Positions 10,293 through 20,664 of a stretch of 64,000 nt of DNA are shown one piece after another. The DNA comes from a virus. Lineage: Duplodnaviria; Caudoviricetes. The stretch is taken from IMG/VR virus record IMGVR_UViG_3300033463_000010, positions 128,001-192,000 of that record, one strand, 5' to 3'. The first letter of the stretch is position 1, and the number at the start of each line of letters is the position of its first letter. The notes beneath the pieces are model-generated. The model made no database searches. It saw only the letters and a program-made list of their open reading frames with translations, and was not told the origin of the DNA. A program made the position numbers and the translations under genes.

Positions 10293-10401
10293 TGGACACC
10301 CTCCGATTTGAACGGAGCGTTCCGTAATACTTTCGCAGCGTCCTATCCTTTCTTTTGGCGTTTTGCGATACCTTACGGCAGGTCCCGTAGCCACGGTGCC
10401 C
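10293..10401 (-). ncRNA. 109-nt tmRNA-like (tRNA-like domain) RNA
   Basis: GGGCACC/GGTGTCC-A acceptor with G3:U70 and A73, no D-stem, long interrupted helix in place of the anticodon arm, T-arm CTCCG-TTCAAAT-CGGAG. Confidence 0.6.
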
Positions 10402-10412
10402 AAAATGTTTCG

Positions 10413-10485
10413 TGGAGCGTATCGGACTTGAACCGATGACCTCCCGCTTGCAGGGCGGGCGTTCTACCAACTGAACTAACGTCCC
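10413..10485 (-). tRNA. tRNA-Ala(TGC)
   Basis: G3:U70, A73, CCCGC-CC-TGC-AA-GCGGG, T-loop TTCAAGT. Confidence 0.88.
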
Positions 10486-10489
10486 ATAG

Positions 10490-10562
10490 TAGTTCCATAG
10501 GGATTCGGACCCTAGTCGCTAGGTTGAAAACCTAGTGTCCTAGACCACTAGACGATGGAACC
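10490..10562 (-). tRNA. tRNA-Glu(TTC)
   Basis: GGTTCCA/TGGAACT acceptor, CTAGG-TT-TTC-AA-CCTAG, T-loop TCCGAAT. Confidence 0.92.
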
Positions 10563-10574
10563 ATAATTTGTTCG

Positions 10575-10649
10575 TGCGACGGGGTGGATTTGAACCACCG
10601 ACACGAGGATTTTCAGTCCCCTGCTCTACCAGGCTGAAGCTACCGCCAC
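10575..10649 (-). tRNA. tRNA-Phe(GAA)
   Basis: GTGGCGG/CCGTCGC acceptor, GGGGA-CT-GAA-AA-TCCTC, T-loop TTCAAAT. Confidence 0.92.
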
Positions 10650-10658
10650 ATAAAGGCT

Positions 10659-10694
10659 AAACAAAAAACCACGTTGCTTGTCGCAGCGTGGCTT
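10659..10694 (-). terminator. Intrinsic terminator (attenuator) between the promoter and the first tRNA
   Basis: GCCACGCTGC-GACAA-GCAACGTGGT followed by TTTTTGTTT. Confidence 0.85.
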
Positions 10695-10725
10695 CCTGTT
10701 TAACCCTTGAAAAACACTTGGAATA

Positions 10726-10812
10726 TCACCACGACTGCGAATACGCAAAATAGGCTTCGGCAAAACTAGCCTCGGCTTCAAAATAAAAGTTATTTGCGTA
10801 ATTCTTGTTCAT
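10726..10812 (-). CDS. Attenuator leader peptide MNKNYANNFYFEAEASFAEAYFAYSQSW (28 aa)
   Basis: AGGA RBS at 10821-10824; residues 4-25 are only N/Y/A/F/E/S; the last codons form the antiterminator strand. Confidence 0.85.
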   Translation of the reverse strand: MNKNYANNFYFEAEASFAEAYFAYSQSW

Positions 10813-10835
10813 AGTGATTTTCCTATACGTCGCCT

Positions 10836-10864
10836 AATATAGATTATTCGGGAACCCGTGTCAA
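10836..10864 (-). promoter_or_regulatory. sigma70-type promoter of the leader-tRNA operon
   Basis: TTGACA 10859-10864, 17-nt spacer, TATATT 10836-10841; a different dyad (GAACCC..GGGTTC) flanks the -35. Confidence 0.85.
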
Positions 10865-10884
10865 GGGGTTCGTCAAAATTATTT

Positions 10885-13256
10885 TTAGCCGTCCGTCTTG
10901 TCGTCTAGCTTCGCCTTGATAGCCTGCAACGCTTGACCTTTCGTGTAGTTCAACAAAGTATCTGTCTTTTTAAGATAACCGCCAAACTTGTTCAACATAC
11001 AGTCCGTGCATTCTTTCGCAAACTTTGACAGGCACCGCATTGGTATAGTCCCGTCGTCGTCCAACCAATCTATGAGTGCGACGGCACATTCTTCAAAGAG
11101 CCTGTGCTTATACGTTGTTGCAAGCATATTCGGGTCAATGTAGTTGTATCGGGACCACACGGCACCGATTATCATACGGACCGTGCGAACCTTTACTATA
11201 CGGGTATAAATCGGACCGTATCGCCAATCCGCTCCCGTAAGCACCCATTCGTTTTCTGTTGTGAAATCCATATTAGTCCTCTACAACTTCCACGTCCGTG
11301 AAGCGACATAAATCCTTTCTCACTTTTCGGACTTCCATATACAACATATCCTTGACCCACTTCGGCAATTCCTGGGGAACCCCCACGGTCAGTCGCAGTA
11401 GGGTTTCTTTACGCTGTTCGGAAGCCATAGTCCCTGCAACTTTAACGATTTCGTCAAGTAGCTTGTCCGCAATCCTGTTCACGGTAGGTTCAAGGGCTTT
11501 CTGCACTAGACGCTTCGCTTGTTCCTTGACATAGTATTCGTCTTTAAATGACTGCGGGTCCACACCGTAGCTTACCTGGTCATACGGTAGGTGCTTCCAC
11601 AATTCTTCCAACGGATATTCTACGTTTGGTCCTTCCATAGATTACTTGTCCCAATCGGGGTCGTGTTCGGGTTTATGCAGCAGCCCCATTTCTACTGCTA
11701 AATCGTTGTAAACGTCGTCAACCGTGCTGCGGACGGTATCGCACAGCCTGTCAGCGATTTTATTGAAGTAAGTCTTCATTTCCTTTGCGGACGATTCACG
11801 GACGGCATTCACGGGGCTATCCGTCATTCCCCAACAGCCTGTGAACAAAGTTATATCCTTTACTTCCAGGACTTCTTTAACCAGGTCGCCCAACTTGTAG
11901 CCAAATTCGGGGTCATACACTTTGCCCGTATTCAACACGGTAAGGATAGGATTTCCGTTGTTCACATTCAATCGGAAAAACTTTCGGTTACTCTTGGAGC
12001 GATACAGAATGCTAGGCTTAATCTTTGCCATAATGCTTTCTTTTAGAGCGACGGCAAGTTCCCGCTTCAACTGTTCTTCTCTTGTAAGGTTATTAGCACC
12101 CATACTGAAATCCTTTAAGAAATGTGATACTTGCACATAACGTAAAGCAGGCTGATTACAAGGGCACTGATTACGGTAATGCTCAACAGGACAACCGCCT
12201 TGAACGGCTGCTTTCGGGACGCTTCCAGGTAACGACCGTGTTCATATTCCAGGGCTGCGTAAATGCTTGAAACAAGCAGGTAGTCGTCCTGGCTATCGCT
12301 GACACTGTGGGCACGATACTGCTTGAACGCAGCTACACCTTGTTCGTATTTGTTTTGCATTTTGTGTTCCTTTATTTGCAATAAGTTCACGGTAAGACAA
12401 GCCGTTCCGAACCTTCGTCCAAAAGCGGAGTTCCTTTAACGCATTGGCAGGGTCCGTATTGTCGTGTTCGCACAACTTGATTTCCTTTTCGTATAAGTAA
12501 CGCTGATATGTAGCGAACGCTAATTGCAGGCGGTGTAACGCAGCGATAGCGTCGTGGCGTTCCTTGCGAAGTTCTGTGCGTTTGCTGCGGAAATAGTCAA
12601 ACATTTCCGACCATTTCTTGCGTTCGTCAAGGACTTGTCGGGACAAGTCGTCAATGATTTTTTCAACAAGTTCGGCAGGGTAGAAATCCACGTATTCGTG
12701 ACGATAGCCCCCGTGTTCGTCCAAATAGAAATTGCGTTTGTGCCCCTTGAGGCGGTTCATAGCTAATGTCTTTACAGGCATATTACTTTACCCCCTTTTC
12801 ATACGGTATGTCCCGCATAAATCCATTTTCGCCCAATGAAGTCAGCGGGCGATACAATTCAGTGTCAATGCCGATTTCCTGGGCGATTTCTTTTGCAAGT
12901 TGCCATTCGCTGCCCTGTTCGCTGCCGTCAGTGGACCACCTGTCAATGACCCCGGGCTTCAAGCAGACGACAAGCCCCGCCTTTACTGCGGAATCAAAAT
13001 CATTGTCGCCTGGGTGCGTCCGAAGACCCCCGCAGTCCGTGATACCTAAACCCTTGTAACAGTTGCAGTCAAAGTCAAGCGGTTCTTCGTCACCGCCCGT
13101 AAACTTCAAGGTGAAAGTCTTTTCGTCGTGGACGAACGCACAGCGAATTTTCCTTGCTTTGGCTGCACGGACGAGCGAACGCATATCCTTACAGAACTCT
13201 TTTGTAAGCGGGCGTTCACGTTGTTCAATGTTAATGTCATAGTAGTTACCATACAT
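10885..13256 (-). other. Block of six hypothetical CDSs
   Basis: Abutting ORFs 10885-11271, 11273-11638, 11642-12136, 12115-12390, 12293-12781, 12783-13256. Confidence 0.65.
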
Positions 13257-13261
13257 AGCGA

Positions 13262-13867
13262 TTACCCCTGTGCGATAGCTTTTTGCTTCTGTTCAACAAA
13301 GTTCTGCGGGAACACGACACCCTCCAGGTCCTTTGCAGCCTGCATAGCGTCGCCCCAATCAAAGGACGGCTTACGGGTCTTTCCCTTGTTTTCGTCCGAC
13401 GGCTTTGACAGCAGGTCCGCTTCTTGCAGGAACATATAGGACCAGGCTTCCATCTGCTTTTTCAACTGCTGCTTCAACTTCTTTTCGTATGCGTCCTTGC
13501 GGGAGCGATACATAATCATAAGTTCCCGCAGGATTCGGCTGTGGCAATCATACATAGCGTCGTCCATAACCGTTTCAACGTAATAGTGCTTATTTCTGCT
13601 GCCCTTGTAGGAATAAATGTCAAATTGGTCCTTTGTCAAGTGCAGGCGTTCGTAGAAGTATTGGACCACGACCTGCAATTCCTTTCGGGTATAGTAGCCG
13701 AACTCACGCATTTTGCTAGTCCCCGTCACTTCGTCCAGGGTAATGCCGTATCTAGCGATTAGCCTGTCACGCAGACGGATAGCGTTTGCACGTTCGGGGT
13801 CCGATTCGTCGGAAACTTCAATGCGGTATTGCAGGTCACGAAAAATCTTCAAAACTTTGGAATCCAT
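13262..13867 (-). CDS. Hypothetical protein, N-terminus DUF2786-like
   Basis: KI..L......S...ERANA......LIARYGITLDEV pattern. Confidence 0.5.
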   Translation of the reverse strand: MDSKVLKIFRDLQYRIEVSDESDPERANAIRLRDRLIARYGITLDEVTGTSKMREFGYYTRKELQVVVQYFYERLHLTKDQFDIYSYKGSRNKHYYVETVMDDAMYDCHSRILRELMIMYRSRKDAYEKKLKQQLKKQMEAWSYMFLQEADLLSKPSDENKGKTRKPSFDWGDAMQAAKDLEGVVFPQNFVEQKQKAIAQG

Positions 13868-13924
13868 AATAAAATCCTTGTAGGGGAAATAGGCGGGGCT
13901 GCTGTGCCCCGCCTGGGGTGAAAC

Positions 13925-14710
13925 TTACTTGGCACGGACCACGATTACACGGATATGCCAACAGACGATATTGTAACCGCCACATTCAATGGAGCGAACT
14001 TCACACTTGCCTGCGGTGCCCGTGAGGAAGCCGTTAATCACGGCATAGCCCTGGGTGCCCGTAGTGACTTCAAGACCGCTGTAATCTTCGGTAGCACCGA
14101 TATAGGACTTGATACGGTGATGCAGGTCCTTGACAAGTGCCTGGGCATCTTCTTTGGCACGAATGTCAAGTTGTTCGTCGGTGGCTTCGGCAACACGCTT
14201 GAGGCTGTCCTGCACGTTCCACATACACTTGCCCTGGGACTTCCAATAGTCGTAGTTGCTCCACTTGCCTTCTTCCTTTAAGGTCTTGATACGCACAACA
14301 GCAATATCCCTGCGGGTCTTGTATTCGTAGGCGAAAGCCTTTGTCAAGTCAACTGCGTAGTTTTGGAGTGCCTGCGGGATAGACTTGATTTCGGCTTCTG
14401 CGTCAGCCTTTTCCTTGCGGAGTCTTTCAAGTTCCATTTCGTCGCTAGTGATTTCACGGGTCCTGCGTTCAATGGATTCACGGGCGTTGTCGGCAGTAGA
14501 AATCGGACCGAAAGCCAATTCCCAATCGTTGAACATCGTGTGGGCGTTGTGAGAATCGTTGCCGTCACCGACATAGGTGTAGCCCTTCTTCGCACACTTC
14601 GCAACAGCGTTGTTGAAGCGGACCTGTGCCTTTGCGATAGCGTCCTTATTCTTTTGAATGCGGGCGTAAGCACGTTCAATGTCTTTGTCAATGGTGCGGA
14701 TATTTCTCAT
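13925..14710 (-). CDS. Coiled-coil hypothetical protein (true start MRNIR)
   Basis: ATG at 14710 directly follows the cassette RBS; GC-rich hairpin at about 13891-13914 downstream. Confidence 0.75.
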   Translation of the reverse strand: MRNIRTIDKDIERAYARIQKNKDAIAKAQVRFNNAVAKCAKKGYTYVGDGNDSHNAHTMFNDWELAFGPISTADNARESIERRTREITSDEMELERLRKEKADAEAEIKSIPQALQNYAVDLTKAFAYEYKTRRDIAVVRIKTLKEEGKWSNYDYWKSQGKCMWNVQDSLKRVAEATDEQLDIRAKEDAQALVKDLHHRIKSYIGATEDYSGLEVTTGTQGYAVINGFLTGTAGKCEVRSIECGGYNIVCWHIRVIVVRAK

Positions 14711-14793
14711 TTTGGAATCCTCGGTTGAAGTGGTTGTCTTTCCTTTACGCCCTAAATATAACAAAATACCTAGTTGTTGTCAACAGGTATTTT
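14711..14793 (-). promoter_or_regulatory. Class I promoter/operator cassette
   Basis: TTGACA 14778-14783, TATATT 14755-14760, AAAATACCT..AGGTATTTT dyad. Confidence 0.88.
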
Positions 14794-14991
14794 AAAAATT
14801 TTTGAATTTTTTTCAAGGTCGCCCACAGCGGTGTCGGGCGAGAACTGAATTTCTGCGTCTAGCCCGTTCTGCAAGTTCCTGGGCTTCCCGTTTACGCCTG
14901 TTGTCTTCCCGTCTGCGACGTTCCGCTTCCTGCTCACGTCTGCTACGGGCTGCACTATCCAGGCAACAGATTGCAGCAGCCCCGAACATAG

Positions 14992-15276
14992 CTATTCCTC
15001 CACGCAGGTAAAACTAACAGGATAGGGGTAGCGTTCCATATTTTGATTGTAGGCTCCCGCCCTAGTGCTTTGATAGTCCGTCTTGTTCTCAATGGAACAC
15101 TTGATTTTCCTGGGCTTTTCAACAGGAATTTCCTGCTTTATGCAGACGGCTTTCAAGCTAGGGTGCAGGGAGCTGCGGGCAGCTTCGCACTGCTGTAAAT
15201 CCTGGAACGTCAAGCGGGTGTCAACACCCCCTTGCCCTAGATAGACGATAACCAGGACGAATATGGTCTTAATCAT
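14992..15276 (-). CDS. Small secreted or membrane-anchored protein
   Basis: N-terminal hydrophobic stretch, four Cys. Confidence 0.55.
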   Translation of the reverse strand: MIKTIFVLVIVYLGQGGVDTRLTFQDLQQCEAARSSLHPSLKAVCIKQEIPVEKPRKIKCSIENKTDYQSTRAGAYNQNMERYPYPVSFTCVEE

Positions 15277-15432
15277 AAAGTTTACCTACCCTTATTTTTA
15301 GATATGATTTTTTGTAAATGTCGGGATATTCCTTGCATATTTCGGCAACCTTGTTTTCAGCAGATTTCCTAGATTTGCAAGACGCTAGATACCTATGGGT
15401 TCCACCCGATTCGTCAAACACGTTGTAGATTT

Positions 15433-15633
15433 TCACGGGGCTTCCTCCACGACTTCGTAGCTGTCTTCGGGGAGCAACCGCAGGGAACCCCAGGTGCCCT
15501 TGATATGACCCTTATCGTCAATATGGGTCACGGTCCCAACCTTGCCGATTAGGTTCTTTTCGGAAATCGGCAGGGAGCCGTCGGAGTCCGTGGCGAACCC
15601 CAAAATCCTAATCTTGTCGCCAACCTTTACCAT
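15433..15633 (-). CDS. DUF4314-like SH3-fold protein
   Basis: VGDKIRI...GTVTHIDDKGHI...W.SL.LLPEDSYEVV. Confidence 0.7.
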   Translation of the reverse strand: MVKVGDKIRILGFATDSDGSLPISEKNLIGKVGTVTHIDDKGHIKGTWGSLRLLPEDSYEVVEEAP

Positions 15634-17570
15634 ACGTGATACAGCTCCCCATATTCAGCACAGCATTTTACTTCGTTCCAAATTTGGTCCGAAATTTCTT
15701 CAATTTCGGGGTGCTGCTGAAAGGCTTCCCAAAGGGGCTTCGGGTCGTAACATACGTCCACGGGCTTTTGGCAGAACGCAACGATAGCTTCGGGTGTTCC
15801 TTCGGGGAACGTGAACTTGTCGTCACGTTCGTGGACCTTGCCGAACATATACGTCGGGTTGATAAGGCTCTTTTCAACTTTCTTTGCGTCTTCAACAAAC
15901 TGCGAATTGAGAACGGCACCGAAGCACTGTGTCGCAATTTTTTCAACTTCTTCGTAATAGCGGGGATAGCTTGAGCTACCGCCCCAACTAAAATCTACTC
16001 CCATACCTATGCCTCCTTTTCGGGATAAAGTTCTTTTAAGTTCTTACACGCTTTGGCGATTTGCATAATCCTGGCTAACTTGTCGTTGTATGCCTGCATA
16101 GCCTTGATAGATTCTGCACGTTCGTCAAAGTCTTCCTGGTTCAAGTCTGCGTCTAGCACGGCTCCCGATTGGGCAAGCACTTCGGCTGCATACTCAAACA
16201 GACGCTTGTCAATCTTGTCGGGGTCGTCCGTCGTCAAGTGGACGATTGTTTCAGCCCCCGTGTCCCTGGTGTCTGCGAAACAAAGGACTGACACTTCGTA
16301 GGACGGTTTCTTGTCAAAGAAACCCGTGCGGTTCCAAATGTTAAACTGAAACTTTACAGCGTTGAACCTTTCCCTGGAATAGTCCCCTACAAGGTAAGTG
16401 GACGGTTTGTCGTAACAGTCCATATTCCAACCGTTACCGCAGTGACCGATAGGGACCAACGCCTTTTCATTGGTTATCCTATACCAAACGTCAAAGAAAA
16501 ACTTTGAAGTCCCGATACGTTGGGGTCCGAAAATTTTTTCATTCTTGCATACGTCGTGCATAATCAAATCCTTACGGGTAAATGTCCATAACAAGCGGGT
16601 TTCGCTTGTAGCCTGGTCCCGAAATATCCCCCAGGATATACGTGACAGTAAAATTCAGCATTTTCAAGAAATGCGGGGCGAACCTGGGTAGGTCCGAACA
16701 TTCGTCCTGGTAGGCGAACTTCTTACGGGAATCCCCGAAGATAATGTCCGAATAAATCGGGAACGCCTGGTGTGCGTCAACGGGGTTTAGCCCACACAGG
16801 CTATCCAATCGTTTCAGCAAATCCGTAACGTCCGCAGGCGTGAGAATGAAACGCCACTCTTCGTTCTTCGGACGCAGTTTGTAACCCTGGCTCTTGTCGG
16901 ACTTGACAAGGGACTTCCTGTGACGATTGAGAAGCCATTGAGCCAAAACCTTGCTGCGGGAACTTCCCGTGTAAAGGTGCGGTAGCTTTTCAATAGAAGC
17001 CATTTCCTTGAGTGAGTTCACCTTACGCATAAGCGAGAACCACTTGTCAAACTCCGCAGGGGTCACGACCTTGTAAACAGGGATTTCCTCCTTGACGGAT
17101 TTAGCGGAACGCTTACCGTCAAAGACCTCATCCCATTCACGGTTGAGGCGTTCCGTGTCTGCGTCAAACACGGACTGATACTTTTCGTAAAGTTCCTGCT
17201 GATACTTGTCAAACGCATCATCAGCCTTTAAGTAGTTCTTAAAGGAATGTGCGTCCACACGATACCAATAAATGCTGCTGCCCATATACTATACCTCCAG
17301 GCGGTCAAATTCCCCGCCCTTGTCACCCCAGGCTACACCTGCGAACTTTTCCACCCAGGGCTTTTCCGATACAAGCGTAGCCCAAATGTGGATATAGAAC
17401 TTCTGCGTGGAACCCATAGTGAACGTGCGGTAGAAACACCCGCTGTCAGTGACCTTGTAGCCAAAGCCCTTCAAGCGTTCGTATGCTTGTTCAAGCGTAA
17501 TCCTGTTGAACCGCAGTTCCGCAGCCAGGTCTTGTGCGAAAGAAATAAATGCGTCCTTGATTGTGGACAT
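15627..17570 (-). other. Four hypothetical CDSs
   Basis: 15627-16004, 16007-16594, 16572-17285, 17289-17570. Confidence 0.65.
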
Positions 17571-17649
17571 TGGTATATCCTCGGTTAAAGTGGTTGTCTT
17601 TCTACCGTAAAATATAACAAATTACCGAACTGCTGTCAATAGGAAAATG
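17571..17649 (-). promoter_or_regulatory. Class I promoter cassette
   Basis: TTGACA 17634-17639, TATATT 17611-17616, conserved leader. Confidence 0.85.
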
Positions 17650-17829
17650 AAAAATTATTTCTTTTCTTTCAACCAGGCAACGTTGCCGTCCACCATAACC
17701 TTTTTCGGGTGTAGCAGACATTTGGTCGCTATGGCATCAATCGCAGACGTAAGGACGCTATTCAAGCCTAGTTCCTGTGAAGTAGAAAATTTCTGTTCTT
17801 CAAATTCAATTTCAATTTTCTTTTTCATT

Positions 17830-20585
17830 TTAGTTTTCCTTTGTTATTCGGTTTCTTGTTTTAGGGTCCAACGGGATATTCGGGAATTTCGTTATATTCC
17901 ATTGGGCGGGTTCAACTATTCGGCACCAACGTCGGGGAGTGACAAATATATCCCCGTTAAACAGGTCAACTGTTCCGTCGTCCCGTTTAATTGTTTCGTT
18001 GACATCGCAAACCGTGTAATATCCCTGGGCAGTCTGCACCAGGATTTCGCCACGCTCCGTAGCGTCGTGTTTAGTAGGCTTTACGTCCGCATATTCTAGC
18101 CATTCCGTATAGTGGCAATCCGAGGTTCTTCGGACATACCAATTCATTCTTGCGACCCTGGCGATTTCACCCAGGGGCGTTTGCGGGTCATAGCCGATAG
18201 TGTGCTTTTCGTGCCGAAGCATATTGCAGATAGCGTTGACCGTCCGTTGGTCCAGGGGTTGTTCCCACTGTTCCGTGTTTTCGGTCCCCGTCGGTTTCGG
18301 GGTTAGCTTGTTCTGCATAACCGTGGCACCCTGGCGGGAATACACCGAAACGCATTCCTGCGGGATAGTCTTGAACGTCCCCTGCTGCGTCCTTATGTAA
18401 TAAACGCCCTGCGGGATTTCCTTGTAGTCCTTATAAACCCTGTCGGGCTTTCGGGACTTGTAGGCTTCCCAACCTTTGATAGTTTGGTAGTAGAAAAACA
18501 TCGCCACGCAGGTATAGATAACCCACAGACACGAATTTTCAGTAATCACCATACACGCTAGGCATTCTGCAAGTATCGTCGTTAAGAGCGAACTTACAGT
18601 AAGACAACCGTGAAAACCTTTTGCTAGGAATATCCCGCAAGTGGCTGCGGAAATGACTGTGAGAATTATTGTGATTTCTAGCATAGTGTTATCCCTTATA
18701 GACGGTGGCTGTCAAAGCGTTCGCTAATTTCGTCAAACCGCTGTCGGCAGTATTCAGCGAAGTCGCCTAACGACCATTCCTTATAGACAAATTCTTTGGA
18801 CTTGTAGTCCCCGTAAGCCCGCAGCCTCCATTCGTTGTCGGGATTGCCACAGAACGCCTTTGCGTCGGCTTCGGTTTCTACAAACTTGATAGGGTCACTT
18901 GTCATTACGTGACCGTCTTTGCAGTGTGATTCAACATACAGTGCGAACATTACTTACCCCTATTTTGTTGAATTGTTTTGAGTTTTCCTAGCAGGTCCAC
19001 GACTTGTTCCCTGTTAGGCGTATTGGCTAACATAGCTTCCAGGTTCTTTCGCTGTTGGTCGTGAAGCGTGTAGCCCGTAGCGTCCAAACCTTTGGCGGTA
19101 TCTACGGTTTTAGCTTCGGTCTTCGGCTGTTCCTTTTCGGCTTCGTCCTTTGGCTTGTAAGTGACCCTTGCCATAGCGTGAATGTAAACCGTTTCGCCAT
19201 TCTTGTGAGCCTTCTTCGCTTCGGCTTCGGATAGGACGATACACTTGCCATACTTGCCGACCTTGTAAAGAACCTGGCGAGGAACGTCCAGGTAGGTCGG
19301 GTAATACTTTCGGGGCAGGTATAGTTCAAGCAGGAACATTATTCCGCTATATGCTCCTGCAAGCCCGAAGGCAAGCATTCCCTTGAACGGACTCATACCT
19401 AGCACAGCCAGGAACCTTGTAGGGTCCGTAAACCCATACACGATAAACGCAACTACATACAGCAGCGTTAGGACACGGAACACGGACGTGCCCCTGTAAA
19501 GTCCGTTGCTCTTGCAGATTTCAGCGACGAAGACAATGAGCCACGCCACGATAACGAAAGTGAAGCCTACTACCATTTTTAATCCTTTGTTTGAAGTTTC
19601 TTACCCTTTGACTTCTTCGGGGAAATGTCGTCCCATTCCTTGCGGTGCTTCCTATGCCACTCCACAATATCCCACAGGTAGGGGTTCTGTTCAAAGATTT
19701 CTTCGCAAACCAGGTCCTTGCGGTCGTGGGTTTCCAGGTCGTCCAGGAACTTGCAGAAACGGAGCAGGTAGGTTCGCATAAGTTCGTCGCATTGACAAAC
19801 CCTGCTTGCTGTCGGCAGGTCGCTGCGGGTCCCCAACTTAACTTCACGGGCGAAGTTTTGGAAGTTGGTAAATTCCTGCACGTATTCCAGGACTTCCCAA
19901 ACACACAGTTGTGTGCCCTCCAGGAACTTTTTAGTCAAGAACCTGGGTGTGCCCTTATGCTCGCCCGCCTTGATAGTGTCGGCAGACAAGCGTCTTCCAA
20001 GAGCGAACATACTGCCCCGCATAGTGCTAATACGGTTTTTGTATCTGTTCGCCTGGATTTGGCTAATCGAGGGAATGACCCCCAGGAAGTAAGGGGGTGC
20101 GTTTTCGTCCATTTCGGACATTTGACAGAGAAGTTCCTTTACGAGAAGTGCCCCTCTGTCGGATTTCAAGATTTTCTGCATCGCCCCGTATTCTTCCAGG
20201 GTTACGTTTTTGATATTGGAGTCCTTAAAAAGATTACTCATAGAGTTGCCCTTTAATTGAATTGACGGACAATCCAGGCGGGGACCAATACGTGAGTGCC
20301 TTCCTGGAACGAACCGTCGGGGTTGACATAGAAATTGTTGGTGATAACTTTGCACTGCGACTTCGGAGCATAGTAGAAGCGTCTGCTGCACTTGCCATCC
20401 TTAAAGAGTGGCGTGTAGTCAAAGCACCAGGCTTTTTCAGTTTCTTTGCAAGCCACTTCAACCCAACAGTCAATGTCGCCCAACTTGACCTGTTCCATAA
20501 CGGGCAGGTTGTTAAATTCATTAAAGAACTTGACCCAATCGGCAGTTGTTTGGATTTTGTCAAAGCATTTAAAGTTGCACTTCAT
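17830..20585 (-). other. Five hypothetical CDSs, two with N-terminal TM helices (17830-18684, 18950-19576)
   Basis: Operon-like packing behind the promoter at 20586-20664. Confidence 0.65.
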
Positions 20586-20664
20586 TTTGCTATCCTCGGT
20601 TAAAAGTGGTTGTCTTTCTACCGTAAATATAACAAAATACCTAATCGCTGTCAATAGTAAATTG
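20586..20664 (-). promoter_or_regulatory. Class I promoter cassette
   Basis: TTGACA 20649-20654, TATATT 20626-20631, conserved leader. Confidence 0.85.

Noticed and set aside
10118-10470. Short ORFs over the tRNA cluster
   Set aside because: They overlap tRNA or tRNA-like genes
10659-10830. T-box riboswitch as the tRNA operon control
   Set aside because: No stem I/specifier region or canonical T-box bulge sequence seen, and the composition-biased ORF explains the region better
14711-14764. Shared N-terminal peptide MLYLG.K..TT.TE.S in ORFs ending at 14764, 25188 and 57275
   Set aside because: Artefact of reading through the promoter cassette; the true starts follow the ACCGAGG RBS
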